Shown one piece after another: positions 1 to 29,630 of a stretch of 64,000 nt of DNA; the first letter of the stretch is position 1; the number at the start of each line of letters is the position of its first letter. The translations under genes were made by a program, and so were the position numbers. This DNA is from Paraspadella gotoi. Taxonomy: Eukaryota; Animalia; Chaetognatha. The DNA is taken from contig CM119269.1 of NCBI GenBank assembly GCA_051294375.1, forward strand, positions 15,325,918 through 15,389,917. Reading direction: 5' to 3'. The notes under the pieces were generated by a model, which saw only the letters and a program-made list of their open reading frames with translations, was not told the DNA's origin and did not search any database.

Positions 1-96
1 TGAAAAAAAATCGAGAAAAGGGAATTTTTTCGCTGTCATTTCGGTTGTCAAAGCGAAAGCGATGACGACGACGGAAGACGACACTGATAACCGATG

Positions 97-171
<75 letters not shown>

Positions 172-178
172 CGACGAT
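97..178. repeat. (GAT)n microsatellite, representative of the many (GA)n, (GAC)n, (AAAG)n, (GATT)n and (TCAA)n tracts in 1-34 kb
   Basis: Directly visible. Other tracts are at about 2890-2948, 3230-3332, 3751-3920, 7057-7119, 9490-9598, 11750-12046, 13560-13680, 15857-15950, 16613-16704, 24460-24540 and 25386-25470. Confidence 0.95.
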
Positions 179-471
179 GTCAGATCGACTGTCGAAAAGG
201 TGAACATCGACAACGGATTCCAAAGTTGACTTTTTTTTCTCGGCGAATTATGATTAAATAATAGATATATATACTATATAGTAGATATGTGTTTTTTTGT
301 ATTAAAGGACCAAAAAAAAAAGTGAATTTCTTTTCTTTTCAGTTCTCGATCCACATTTTTCGCTCTTTCTCGTCTTTTTTTCCCATCATTTTTATCATTT
401 TTATCAGAAAGACGAAGATACAATCGATCGAAGCGAACGGAGAGTGAATATGAGTTCTTTCCTTTTTTTTT

Positions 472-600
472 TTTACTTGGGCGCGAGTACTCGCGAAACT
501 AAAAGAAACTTGGGTGTAGGTCGGTCGGTCGGTTAAACAGTTAATACGTTTTTTAGTCAGTCCGTCAATCTGTCCCTCATAGGTTTAAATACTTGGCAAA
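472..600 (+). mobile_element. 5' end of a dispersed HINE-like repeat (second copy at 56925-57050)
   Basis: TTACTTGGGCGCGAGTACTCGCGAA hairpin + (GGTC)n + tgtccc...tttaaatac. The same arrangement occurs at 56925-57050 (TTACTTGGGCCGCGATTACTCGCGAA...GGTCGGTCGGTC...ttttaaatac). Confidence 0.45.
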
Positions 601-679
601 CTTTCTTGGACATATCTTTCATTCTCTTCTCGTCACGTTAAATACTTTCAAAAATACGGGCAGAAAAAATATCATATTT

Positions 680-745
680 AATCAATTACTATTACATCAA
701 TAATCAAATGCTATTACATCAATAATCAATTACTATTACATCAAT
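680..745. repeat. 22-bp tandem repeat (AATCAATTACTATTACATCAAT) x3
   Basis: Directly visible. Confidence 0.8.
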
Positions 746-2305
746 GATTCTACGGCACAAAGCCTCGGATTCGCCGTTCCTTGTTTTTATAAATGGAGTT
801 GGGGGGGGGGGCGGGGATGGGAGGGTGTCGGAGATTTGTAGCCCGAATCTTTTTATGTTTAAGATGCGAACTCAGTCGCCGCTACCGGCTCGAGGAGAGA
901 GCTACTTCCGCGTTACCCGAATAGATTCAGTTACATCCGGGGGATGAGATGAACAAGATCCGCGGTTCGGAGAGAGACCCTTTACATCCGGGCTTAGAAA
1001 TAAGGTGAGAATAAGAACCGGAAACGTCGAAAGAAAAAAAAAAGGAGAGTTTACGGTGCGTGTTTTGATTTTTATATGGAATCGGAATTTAAGACTCACA
1101 AAGATCGAAGAATGAAGAAAGAAGGTGAACGAGAGAGACCTCGGATTCACTCGGGAGCCAGTTATGTCCCGGATGTGAAAGGATCAAGTTACGTAGTTGA
1201 GGGTTTAGTATTTGGTTATTTAGAGATGTTTTTGTATATCAACTGAAAGGAATGATTCAATGATAAAAAAGGGAATAAGAAAAAATATACATATAACATT
1301 GTACTATTTGTAATATCAATAATTGAAAAAACTTGACTAAAGTCACTAGGTAGAAGTCAAATTAAACGCAGATGCCCTGTATAAAATGCCAAGATGGTTT
1401 ATTTATTGAATGAATAAATATTTGATAATTTATTGCCTTATACCTGTTTTATTAATATCGTATGGAGCGGATGGATAAATAGAGATTGTGACGGCCACGT
1501 TTGAACGGGTAGCAAAGAGAAGAAGGAAGAGGAGGAGGAGGAGGAGGAAGAGGATATGAATTGGGGAGGACGCTTTGTTCCAATCCGCGTCACAAACAGA
1601 AAAACGCGCCGAAGAGGTCACGTGACCTCAGAACGTGACGGATTTGAGTTTTTGTCGATGGCGATGATGAAGTGCGATCACGATGCGAACCTTTTGCGAA
1701 CGCGATGCGATCAAGATGCTGTCGTGGTGCGAACGCGTTTGCGAACGCCCATTCGTTCTCCCGAAGTTCTGAGGCAAATATTAATTCAACCTCCTTGGAA
1801 TTTTATAAAGAATTTAAAGACAAAATAAAATAAACACGATTATATTTGTTAATGACGGGAAGGCTTAACAAATATTTGCTATAAATTATGAATAGACACT
1901 GCGAATAACATAAAAGCGAAGGGATGAAAACTGACTAAAGGCGCGGGGAAAAAAATGAGGCGACCAAAATTGGCGAAAGTAAAAATCTCAGAGAAAATAT
2001 TCTTCGTTGGATGGAGGACGTTAAGTATCACGAAGCAAAGCGTGAAATCTTGAAGGCTTTGATCTTTAAAATGGAGCTTCACGGAAAATTGACTGGGCAA
2101 AAAGACCACGAAGGCCTCTAAATCTTATTTGAAGTTTTCAATTGAAACAAAAGAGGTTTGGCCACTGTGCCGTAGTACTTGAGGACGTGGCATTAAGCCT
2201 CGATTGTGAGGCCAACCAACCGACTCCCTCATCGGAGCCGCCAGCTCGGCCGGCGAGGATCCGCGCTGGGATTCTGATTTCTGAATATGGATTGTGAGTC
2301 GCCGA

Positions 2306-2576
2306 NNNNNNNNNNNNNNNNNNNNNNNNNNNNNNNNNNNNNNNNNNNNNNNNNNNNNNNNNNNNNNNNNNNNNNNNNNNNNNNNNNNNNNNNNNNNNNN
2401 NNNNNNNNNNNNNNNNNNNNNNNNNNNNNNNNNNNNNNNNNNNNNNNNNNNNNNNNNNNNNNNNNNNNNNNNNNNNNNNNNNNNNNNNNNNNNNNNNNNN
2501 NNNNNNNNNNNNNNNNNNNNNNNNNNNNNNNNNNNNNNNNNNNNNNNNNNNNNNNNNNNNNNNNNNNNNNNNNNNN
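2306..2576. other. Assembly gap (271 N); further gaps at 24694-24703 (10 N) and 27729-27753 (25 N)
   Basis: Runs of N. Confidence 0.99.
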
Positions 2577-2885
2577 GAGAGAACTTGATTGCAAAGAATG
2601 CGAGAAAGACAGATAGGGATTGAGGAAGAGAGAGACAGAGTGGGGGCTAAGGGCGAGCCTTGAGCGAAAAAGACAGTAAGATAGCTGCTGGTGGAGCGGG
2701 AGTGATAACCGGTAGCACCTCTGACGGTCGAGAGACGACGTCACGAGTTTTAATCGATGCGATCGAAAAGAAGAATCCAAGGACGAAAGGATTCCCGAGA
2801 GAGAGAGAAGAGAGGAGGAGAAAGGAGAAGAAGAGAAGGAAAAAGAAGAGAGAGAGAAAGAGAGAGAGAGAGTAGAGAGAGAAAG

Positions 2886-2952
<67 letters not shown>

Positions 2953-3292
2953 GAAAAACGCGTCAAGGACAAAGACGAAGGACGTTCGGTTCGATTGTTC
3001 ATCATTCGTTCGTTCGTTCGTTCGTTCGTTCGTTCGTTCGTTCGTTCGTTCTTGAGTTCCTTATGAAGCTCATTCGATTGGGCGGGAAGTCGGTGGTCGG
3101 TCGATTCCATCATTGACCGTCGAGTGGAATCGGAAACCGAAACTCAAATTCGATTCTCGATTGATGATGATTCAGAATTCATCGCCTTTTCCCTTCTTTT
3201 ACGATTTGACGATCACGACGCCGACCATGACGACGACGACGACGACGACGAAGACGACGACGACGACGACGACGAAGACGACGACGACGACG

Positions 3293-3324
<32 letters not shown>

Positions 3325-3782
3325 AGACGACGATTTTTTCCGCTGAGTCGACGATATTGAATGACTCATCCGAGATAGAGAAGGAAAAGAGATAGAGATA
3401 GAGATAGAGATAGAGAAGGGAAAGTTGTCGTCGTCGTTTTCGTCGTCGCCTTATTATCTCGTCTTCTTCGTCGTCTTCCTCATTAACCTTTGACCCAGAG
3501 GTTGAAGTGTTGAAGGGTTGGAGGGTCGGCATTGGTAAGGCGAGAGTGAGTGGCCTCGCCCCGTTCCGTTACAATGTTTACTTGTCAAGTTGAGTGTCAA
3601 GTTGTGTCCCAAGTCTTAAGTCCTAATTATCAATTATCATTTCCGTCATGGAGGGTCTACTGAATAAAGAACATAATCCTTTTTTGTTTTGCATACGCTA
3701 TAATGAATTTCCCCCTTAACTACCATTCTTAATTCCTTAAACTAAATATAAATCAATCAATCAATCAATAAATAAATAAATA

Positions 3783-3817
<35 letters not shown>

Positions 3818-3884
3818 AAATAAATAAATCAATAAATCAATAAATCAATAAATAAATCAATAAATCAATAAATCAATAAATCAA

Positions 3885-3919
<35 letters not shown>

Positions 3920-3954
3920 ATACCTCCCGCAAAATGAACTCGTTCCCCTGTGGA

Positions 3955-3994
<40 letters not shown>

Positions 3995-4105
3995 GAGGGA
4001 AAAAGATGATTTATTTTCCTGACATAGCTCGTTTGTTTTTTTCCCCCCGGTGTAAACAAAACAGGAAGGCCTTATTTTAGGTTGTTTTTTTGTTTATTAT
4101 CCCAG

Positions 4106-4279
4106 GACGACATCTTCTCGTTCGTCGCGAAGAGAATCGAGGTCAACGCGACAAAAGCGTCGAAGCAGCAGCTGCAGCAAGACCAGTCGGCGCAGCAGTC
4201 GCAGCAGCAAGGGGAGAACCTCGACGCCGCGACGCAGCCGGATTCCAACGTCTCAGCCGAGGGCGTCGAGACGAAGTAA
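4106..4279 (+). CDS. Probable terminal coding exon of a plus-strand gene entering from the left (product unknown)
   Basis: GC-rich island after the pyrimidine-rich acceptor ttattatcccag|. It reads DDIFSFVAKRIEVNATKASKQQLQQDQSAQQSQQQGENLDAATQPDSNVSAEGVETK*. Upstream exons were not resolved, and an alternative frame ending at 4305 is also open. Confidence 0.45.
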   Translation, partial: DDIFSFVAKRIEVNATKASKQQLQQDQSAQQSQQQGENLDAATQPDSNVSAEGVETK

Positions 4280-4745
4280 AACGAGATTTTTTCCTCCCTC
4301 TCTAATCTCTATTGATAATTTAAATTTGGACGCCACGTCATCGTAAAAGTCCACATTTCTATTGTGTGTGTGTGTGGAGCTGTCTCGCGTGCGATCCTTT
4401 CGAAAACGATATCGTACGCCCGCGCGCCTTCATCGGCCTCGTCGGTATTTACGAGGGACCGGATCTTCCTTTCGATGGTTTTATGACCCCAACTCGTCCT
4501 CGCACTCGGCGTCTCCGCTTCCCGTTCTCCCGCTTTCCTTTCCCTTCTTTTCTATCTTCACTTCACGTCCATCGCTTTTCAACTTCTCCATTCCATCTTC
4601 CCGCTATTTGTAATCTATGTGGTTTTTCAATTTCCCGGGTCCCAACTTCCCATCTGTTTCTCACTCATACATCTCTCCTGGCTATCACTCCAGCTCAAGT
4701 GTCCGTATATCGAGCACACGCCGGATCCTCACTCATCTACTCTCA

Positions 4746-4995
4746 CCATCTTTTCTCTTCCCATCCTCTTGCTTTCTTTCTCCTCACTTTCCATCTTCCA
4801 CTTCCCGTCTTTCTCTTCCCATCCTCTTGCTTTCTGTTCTTCTCACTTTCCATCTTCCACTTCCGCTCTTTCTCTTCATCCTCTTGCTTTCTGTTCTCTC
4901 ACTTTCCATTCTTCCATTCCCGTCTTTCTCTTCCCATCCATAAATCCGGATTTCCTCTTTCCTTCCTCCGCTTTCTATCTTCCACTTCCCGTCAT
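4746..4995. repeat. Pyrimidine-rich minisatellite, ~60-bp unit, about 3-4 copies
   Basis: Recurring TCTTCCCATCCTCTTGCTTTCTGTTCT...CACTTTCCATCTTCCACTTCCCGTC. Confidence 0.75.
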
Positions 4996-6715
4996 CCCAT
5001 TTCCCTTCCCCTCGTTCCCCGTCCTTCCGCTTTGGGGAAAAGTCTCCGAATTTATGCCGAGAATCTTTTCCTCGGTGACTTTTCAGTCAAAGCTTCCGTA
5101 GGGAGATTCGTCTATTCGTCTATTCACTCCGCCCCCCCCACTAACTTTCGTCTCTCACTCAAGAGGCAGCTTTACGACCTCAGTGTATCATTTTCACCTC
5201 ACCAGGGAAATTTTACGACATTTTTTCCATTATTATCGATGCGGTGGGTGACTTGTGAGGAGTGGGGGGAGATATTCAATTCCACCGTCTCCGTCTCTCG
5301 TGGGATAATTTATTGGTCCATTGTCTCGTTCTGATTGAAAATTGTAAAATGAAACGTCAAGCGTCAGTTTCTCATCTTCGAAACAGAAATTCTCCCGCGT
5401 CGATGGGCGATAATAAGGAGAAACAAAAGAACAACGAGGAGAGAAAAGAGAAGAAAAATTGAGAAACTCTACATCCGGGTGAATCATCCGGGTAAAAAGT
5501 GACGGAGACGTTAAAAAAAAAAAATATGTTAAAAATGACGACGATGACGTCGTAAATTTGCGTAACGTGATGTAAATTAATGGAAATAAAACGGAATCTA
5601 GTTCGATTTCTTTTTTTTTTCTTCTTTTTCTTTCTTTCCTAAAGAAACAACAAAAAAAAGATGAAAAAACAAAAACTCTCTCTCTCTCGGATTTTTGTTT
5701 TCAAACTCAGTTGGAGAGGAAAATTGCTTGTTTTTTTTTGGTTTCTTTTTGTTTTTTTGATTCTGACTCGATAAAAAAAGATTACGGAGTCGATAGAAGA
5801 GGCCAGAGGTAAAAAAAAATAATAGTAGCGACTTTAATTTACACCGTAATTAGTACAATTGTAAGCAATGCTACAAAAATAAAGCCCAGTCTAAAGCGAC
5901 AAAATTTACATTAGATCCCGCCTACAGATAAAATAATGATAGTGTAATGCGTGTTTTTTTTTCTATTTCTAAAAAAACATTAAGACTATTTAACATTTTA
6001 GAAAAATATTTAAAAAAATTGATATAATTCGACTCTGAAACGCTTGTATAGTAAATATGTTGTTCATATGTTCGTTGGGCCGACGTTGGCGCCCTCTTCT
6101 CAGTCTGCGCGAAACTCGAAGCTCATTTCGTCTCCGCTGAAGGAAATCGATTCGGTTTAATCAAAAATCAATTATGAATATTGAATATAATTGGAATCTC
6201 TGCAATCACGATGGGGATTCAGGGATTCAGCGAAATGAAGTGGAGTGGGGGGGGAGAGGGAAACCCCTCCTTGCGGCGACGAAAGCGAAGAAAGTCAGGA
6301 AAGCGGTGGCGGCGGCGGCTGCTGCAGCAGTGGCTGCAGCCGCGGCGGCGTCACCGATTGCGCTGGTTTTAATTAAAGGAGGTCGGAAGCAGAATGAGTA
6401 CAAAAGAGCAGGATGAGGATGAAGGAGGAAAGAATGGGAAAAGTTTAAAAAATAAAAGATAAAGAAAAAGTGAGAAAGAAAGAAAGAATAAAAGAAAGAA
6501 AAGGGAGGAGATAAAGAGAAGAAAATTTGATGCTGGGGGAAAAAGAAAAAATAAAGAGGCTACAAGATGTCGCGAGAGAGACGGAGGTAAGAGAAAATAA
6601 AAAAAAAAGACGTGAAAAGAATCAAGTAAAGATGGAAAAGTTTAAAAAAATAGAAAAAATTTCCATTCAAAACCATTTCACACCTTTCGCCTTCCGGTTT
6701 CCGGCTTTTGACGGC

Positions 6716-18670
<11,955 letters not shown>

Positions 18671-19857
18671 TGTGGGGTAATAGGAAAGGTTCAGGGTAAT
18701 TCTGGCGGAGTAAAGGGGGCGGCCATGGCGAAGACGTGGAGCGCGCGTCAACGCGCGTGTCACGGGCGTAGGAAGACGGGAGAGACGAGCGAATGTCACA
18801 CGGGCGAGTGTCCGGGCGAGTGTCACGGCGAGTGTCCGACGAGTGACGGGCGAGAGTGAGGTCGCTTGTGTCACCGCGCCAGGTTTAAATCAAAAATGAA
18901 TTGGGGTCAACGACCTTTGTCCTTATGTGTTATTAATCTTTTATTTTGTCCTTTTTTTTCGCTTGTTTTTGTTTTGATTTAATTATGAATTTGAATTGAT
19001 TTTTTCCCCTGAATATCGAAGAGTTCTGTGATTCTGAGGCCAAAAAAGTTCACCTCACAAAAGTCGTGATGCCGTGAAACTGAGGAGAGGAGTGACGATA
19101 GTGAGGATAGGCGGTGAAAAGTCCGTTGGTGAACTTTTCGTATTCATACATCAAATTCCGAGGCAAACCTTCAAGATAGGACCATTTATTCGCTTCATGA
19201 ACGATGCCGCGGCAAACGGAGATGCTGTCAGAAAATGCGGTAAAGTAAGAGTTAGCGACTATGCATTAGACCTCCCAGTATCAAAAAATTGTCTTCCAAT
19301 CTCCACTCGTTCGGTTTCCTCGTTATTTTATAAGATAGATAAGTTTAAACTTAAATCTGGAAAAAAATTGTGACCCGATCAACCCCAGATGAAGCGCAAA
19401 GTCAATTACGCATCCTCGTGTTGTAAAATTTTTTTTTCTCAGAAAAAAAAAAAATAATTCCCCTATTGTTAATTTTTTATTAAATAATTGCTACAAGTGA
19501 TTCACCAAACTAATAATTGAACTATTTAAAAATCATAAATTTTTTCTGAAACACAGGCATCTTATATTAAACCGATGTAAGGTAAAAATAACCGCGAAGT
19601 AAGGAAAAAATAACCGGAAGTATAGTATTTAAATAACCTTTCCTAGAAAAGAGTACAATTTTAACCTCGCAATGAAAGAATAAAACTTGAGAATTTGAAA
19701 CGCTTATGCCTATATATAGAGAGTAGAGAATACAGTACAGTATATATATAAAAAAATTCTTATTCAAATTATTAAGATATAAATACTAGATTTCCAGTTT
19801 GATCATAAGTAATTATTGAGTACATTCATTTGTTAAAGCGAAGCCTTTAAATGAACT

Positions 19858-20141
19858 CAGTTCATTTTGAAACTGTAATGTGTTGCCCGTTCTCAACCTT
19901 GAGTTTACTGTGAAGATATTTTCCTCTTCACGGCCCATGGAAACATGCGTTTGTAGCGCCGCCCGTTCCTTGCGAAGCTTAACAAGTTTTGTCTGGAATA
20001 TTAGATGAATCTCAAGGAATTTTGTGAATGGAAAAAGTAGCCATGAGATTTCAAAGTTTATTTAATGTCAAACTTATCAAGAAAAAAACCCGTAAAACTC
20101 ATGAGAGACGGCAACACATTACAGGTTTTCAAAACGAACTG
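19858..20141. mobile_element. MITE-like element with ~40-bp terminal inverted repeats
   Basis: CAGTTCATTTTGAAACTGTAATGTGTTGCCCGTTCTCA versus the reverse complement of TGAGAGACGGCAACACATTACAGGTTTTCAAAACGAACTG. Confidence 0.55.
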
Positions 20142-22651
20142 AAGTAATCTTAAGCTCGCCAAAATTATGAAAAGAACAGAAAAAATACCAATAAAGCAAA
20201 TGACCAGACTTATAAAAGACTGGTCAATACAAAACGAGTCGGTTGAACACGATGACCTGAAAACAGAGAAAGCTCGGAAAAATACAGGCGATTATAACTT
20301 TTCCTCAATATGTATACAAGTATTATTATATATTATATATACATGGGGAATTATGTTTGAGAAAACAAAGTTTTTATTGTTTACAAACATTTTTTTTTCA
20401 AAAAACGACATGTTAAATTTGATTACTACGAGATAGACTTCGTTGTTAATGCCCCCTTTTATTATGAATTCGTATTTTTGTTCGTTACGAGAATAACTGC
20501 ATTTGATCAAGTATTTTTAACGTCGCTGTCTTATGGTCAGTCTTTTGACTGTTCCTTACCCAAAGGTATAAAAGAGACGTCTTACCTTAAAACTGTGAGG
20601 ATAACTTACCAATGATTTTGACAGTCGGTAACATTTAAAATATATCAATTTTCAATTGACTATTTTTTAATAAGTTTTTATTTTTTCATTTGAAGAAATA
20701 GCCTCCTTGTCGATTACTGCATGATTCATGTCTCACGCCCCATGTTTACGGCTTACGACAATAAATATTAAACTAAATTTATATTATTCAAATTGTTAGA
20801 AATAAATTAGCAAGTGAGAAGCTCTAGTAGCTCAGCATACTCACGCAGTATTACAGTAGAAATCCTGATGCAAATGAACATAACTGTTTGTCAACTCTGG
20901 ATTGGTTGAACGGAGGGAGGAGACATGATAGAGAAAGTATGACTATGAGAAATTGATGTCTGCCTGCACCTTTCCTCACCTGATTTTGGTTGAGAGAAAA
21001 TGGGCGCCCTGAAAGATATGGCAATTCAAAAATTGTTTATTTACAGTCTATAGTACCAGGGTGCCGATACCTATATGGAGTCTGATAAACACCTGTTACT
21101 TTGTTTAGTGAATTGTCAAGTCACCAATATCCTACATACAATAAAACAAATCATGGTTAAAAATATAAACGGTCCTCGAAACCATTTCGAAGTTGGAGGC
21201 AACTGCCAGACAGTAATTATCGAGTAGATGCTTTTGGATTCAGGGATAAATCCTTTGAGAAAATACTTACAAACAAATGGTCAATGCTCTCGCTTATACT
21301 CGCTGTATGAGCCCTTTCTTCCCACTCCTGCATCCAATGATGTAATTGTCTACTCTCGCATCTTCGTTTTTAAATCTTACTCTGATTGATTCTTTTAGTT
21401 TCTTCTTCTCCCTCTTATCTCTTATCTATCTTTTTTTACGAGAAGCCACACATGTGAAGTAGGCTCCTCGCGCGATCTGCTACCCTATACTGTGCTTCCC
21501 TATTTCTCCTCTGCTTCTCTCTCTTCACACCCATCCCATTTCACTGCTCATTCCTGCTCCTTCTTTATGTCTTGTGAATAAACCTATTTTATCTTTCTCT
21601 TTCCTCTCCTCTCTATCGTTTCCTCAATCAAATGTTTTTATCCATATAACACTATTAAAGTATCGCTGTGTCATGACAGCAAACTCCCACATCCCAATAG
21701 AACATACTCGCAAACTACTGTCGTGTGTCTATACGTAACCAAATCATCTCTGACGAGGTACATCGTGATGTATGCTGTGATTAAATCTCATTCTTATTTT
21801 ATATTTCCTGTCGTTATGTGTATCTAAACAGATCTATTCTTAAATTCAATATTTTTTTTACTCACCTTGATACTGGTTTCCAACTAACATTAATTTCTCT
21901 TTCATATAACTTCATGATCAATCTTATCTCAGTTCACTGCTGACTTTCCTATCTGTGACTTGCCTCCCACTGCTCGGATCTCGTACTCAGCATACATCCA
22001 AAACTACTTAATACTACAATTATTTCTTTATAACAATAATTGTTCTGATTAATCAAAAATAAACTAATCAAATAACATTTAAATATAATAACACTTTATT
22101 TGATGCATTAGAAATTAATGTTCATTAAAATTTGAAACAATAAAAACAACTTATAGGCTGAAAACCTTACTTCCGGTAAGGCCACGCCCTAGCATAACAA
22201 TATTTTTAAAATTAATAAAAAAAAAATAGGAGAAGAAACTTCTGGTGTTTTTTAACTTATATTGTCGAAAAATCCTCTATGTTAAGCATCATTAAACCTC
22301 TTCTTAGAAAATTATTATCATTTGCGCTATATTTTGCATCAGACTTGATCCACTTTGACGCTCTATTGGTTTCAGCAAAAACATTTTTGCTCAAACACAC
22401 TTTTAAAACGAATTTTAAATAAATAAATGGAAACCGGACCGATGAGAGCTAAGTATAGTTTTTGAGGCGTGGGGAACTCTACTATGCATTCTTAAATAAG
22501 ATAAAAATGCTGTAAGGTAGAGAGTTAGCGATTATGCATTCTTAAATAAGATAAAAATGCTGTGACCAATGCAGCAGTCAATACTGTCGGTGATGTAGGC
22601 AAGGACGTCGGCATTTGGCGGCTTAAATTCGCATCTCGGGGCTGCACGTGC

Positions 22652-22687
<36 letters not shown>

Positions 22688-24189
22688 ACAGAGCGTGATT
22701 TAAAATAACCCCCCTTTTTTCGTTTCTTCGTCAAAAGTGAAAATAGAGGCGCGGCTGTGAAAGCTTAATCACTTCCGTAAAAGCCGCGCTCTGCTTCTGA
22801 CTCTTTTAATTTATTTTATCAATAATATCGTTATTGAATTAATAACAGCGTTTTATATTTTTCTCTATACAGGCAGTTTCCTTTCTTTATATTATGTTTT
22901 ATAATATCGCGTCTTCTACTTTATTTATCGCTTGCCTCTTTTTTTTTTTCTTCCTCGTTTATTGAAAAATTGATTCGTATTTGGAGCGGAAGGAGGAAGA
23001 GAGGGAGGAGGGGGGGAGGGAGAAGGGGAAGAGAGGGAAAAGGGGGGAGGGAGAAGGGGAGGAAGAGAGGAGAGGGAGCAGGGGAAAAAAGCAGAGGATA
23101 TAAAAAAATAAAAGGGATGAGAGGAGTAAAGAAAAAAAAAGGAAAACGGAAAAGAAAGAACGAGAGAGAAAATGTGCGATAAGAAAATGTCCAATGGTGA
23201 AGAGCCAAATTGAGGAAAGAAAAAAATGGTGAAATTTCTGTCTAGTGAAGAGGAAGAGAGCGATGCGATCACGTGATAGAGTCAGGTGCGAGGCAGTGAG
23301 ATATACCTCGTTATTGAAAAAGGATTCGTGTTTGTGAGAGAGATTAGAGAAAGTGGGCACGGGTGGGTGAAGTAGTAGAGAGAGAATGAGGTGAAAGAAC
23401 CTAATGAATCGGAAATAATGAAACGAATGAAGTCGATGGAACGAATTGAAAAAAAAAAACAAGAAGGCCCGCTTTATTTTTCTTTTCTGAACATTAGTTT
23501 CAAACAATAATTATATATGTAACAATAGCGATATGCACATCGCATAATACGTGTTGTCTTTCAGTTGAATTTTTTATACAAGTATAAGAAATGTGCACGC
23601 GAAAAAATCGTTGGTGCAATACTTAACGACTAAATTTATGGTGTAATACTAAATCTACTAAATTGATTCAGTACGGCATACGGTAAAGACATTAGAAAAG
23701 CAACTAAAACACACAAACAAATAGATCGACTGATAGAAAGACGGATAGACCGAACTAAAGGTGAGTACTCGCAGCGCAACTAAAAATAAGATGAGTACGA
23801 AATAAATTGAAGAGAAGAGAAAAGTAGGAAGAGGAGGAACCAAAACGAAAAGGAGAGAACATGAGAAGAAAAGCTAAAAAGAGAAGAGCATAATCAAAAG
23901 GGTTGATAGAGTTTTTGGGAAGGGATCGGTACAGAGCGAAGATTATGAAATATTAAACAGAGGAGATGAAGAATAAAAGATTAAAAATGCGACAGGCGCG
24001 GCGGAATAAGAGAAAACAAAAGGCAAAAGAGAAAAATTGGAAAAATTATATACAAAGTATATAAAAAGTATTTGGTTCGCGTGAGCCCCACTCCGTGAGG
24101 TGAGAGCGAAAAAACATGGCGCCAAAAATAGAGAAAGGAGACGAGAAGAAAAGGAGAACAATGAAGCGAGGAGAGAAAGAGACTTAGCG

Positions 24190-24243
<54 letters not shown>

Positions 24244-24458
24244 CTGTAACGAGAAACATAATGAAATTTTGAGACAAGAAATGGAACTATGAAACGATGG
24301 AAGAAAGCAATTGGAGAGAAAATAAATAAAAAAGACAAATGATGAAATAGAGTCGCCAGGGAAAAAGAAAGAAATGAACTTAGGAAAGAGAGAATAAAAG
24401 GAATGAAAAACAGGATTAGAAATGGATTGAATGTAGTAAAGAAAGAGAGAAAGAAAAC

Positions 24459-24538
<80 letters not shown>

Positions 24539-25387
24539 AAATAACATAAAGAGATTGAAATTAAAAGATTAAAAGAGAAAGAAAAAACGAGATAGTGAAG
24601 GATTGAAAAAAAGACCTAAAAAATCCTCAAAGAATGGAAAAGAACTATAATTAAAAAAATTTAAGGCGACAATTAACATAAAAATTAATATTANNNNNNN
24701 NNNGAAACAAAGAAAGAAAATAAAACAAAAGAGATTGAAATTAAAAGATTAAAAGAGAAAGAAAAAACTAGAGAGTGAAGGATTGAAAAAAAGACCTAAA
24801 AATTTTCAAAGAATGGAAAAGAAAAATTTAAGGCGACAATTAAAATAAAAATTAATATTAAAATAATAATGAAATTTTTTTTGGCGAAAGCGATAGTAAA
24901 AACTACGAAGTTATTAATTTTGATATATGATGGTTTTTTTTCCGTGGGTTTTTAATCATCGGCGAGCGAGTTCTTTCCGCTCCGAAATCCTGCTCTCGCT
25001 CCAAGGTGAATTTGCGCCAATTTCCTTGAAATTAACATCTTTAATTTCATTTAGTTTTTTTTTTTTACTGTTATAAGACGATGTTAAACCAGGGCGTGGG
25101 TTAGTTAACCGAGTTAAAAAAAATACTGGTTGAAGAAAAAAAAGGGACGTTTATGGTCTTTAAGAGGAACAGATTTGTGAAAAAAATGAACAGTTACGTC
25201 TCTCTTTTACTTCAAAAAAGGTGTCAAAAATTGTTAGTTTAAAGTGAAGGCGAAGTATTGAATCCCAGAGTCGCGGGAGGATGAAAAGAAAAATGTCTCC
25301 AGCTTATAATCACAGTGGAAGGATGGGAAATTATGTTTATGACAAGAAAAACATATCAACTGTAATTAACAATAATTTTGAAAAGGA

Positions 25388-25423
<36 letters not shown>

Positions 25424-25424
25424 G

Positions 25425-25471
<47 letters not shown>

Positions 25472-25692
25472 GATAATAAAGAAAAAAAAGAAACAAAGAA
25501 AAACGAAAGATAGAAGAATAGAAAGAGATAAAAAATAACTGAGAAAGAAAAAACATGATAGAAAGATTTTAAACGTGAAAAAGAAAAAGAAAGAAAAATT
25601 GTCGAAAAAACGAGTTGAATGAGAATCGAGATGAAGGCGCCAAAACAGCGGGAAATGAGTAAGAGAGAATCCAATATTTATAACCGAGAATG

Positions 25693-29630
<3,938 letters not shown>

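Noticed and set aside
3497-3534. Possible small plus-strand exon (cccag|...ATTG|gtaagg)
   Set aside because: Its phase does not match the preferred frame of the 4106 exon, and it is too short to support.
4366-5334. 322-aa hydrophobic ORF
   Set aside because: It runs through a pyrimidine-rich minisatellite that lacks stops in all three frames, and has no recognisable domain.
21748-21782. CTGACGA followed by the hairpin GTACATC-gt-GATGTAT, hammerhead-like start
   Set aside because: No GAAA core half or stem III follows.
22436-22475. CCGATGA-GAGCTA...TAGTTT degenerate hammerhead-like motif
   Set aside because: The core is mutated on both sides (no CTGA, no GAAA); too degenerate to call.
24530-24860. 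~150-bp direct duplication
   Set aside because: The two copies flank a 10-N gap, so they are most likely unmerged contig overlap or haplotypes.
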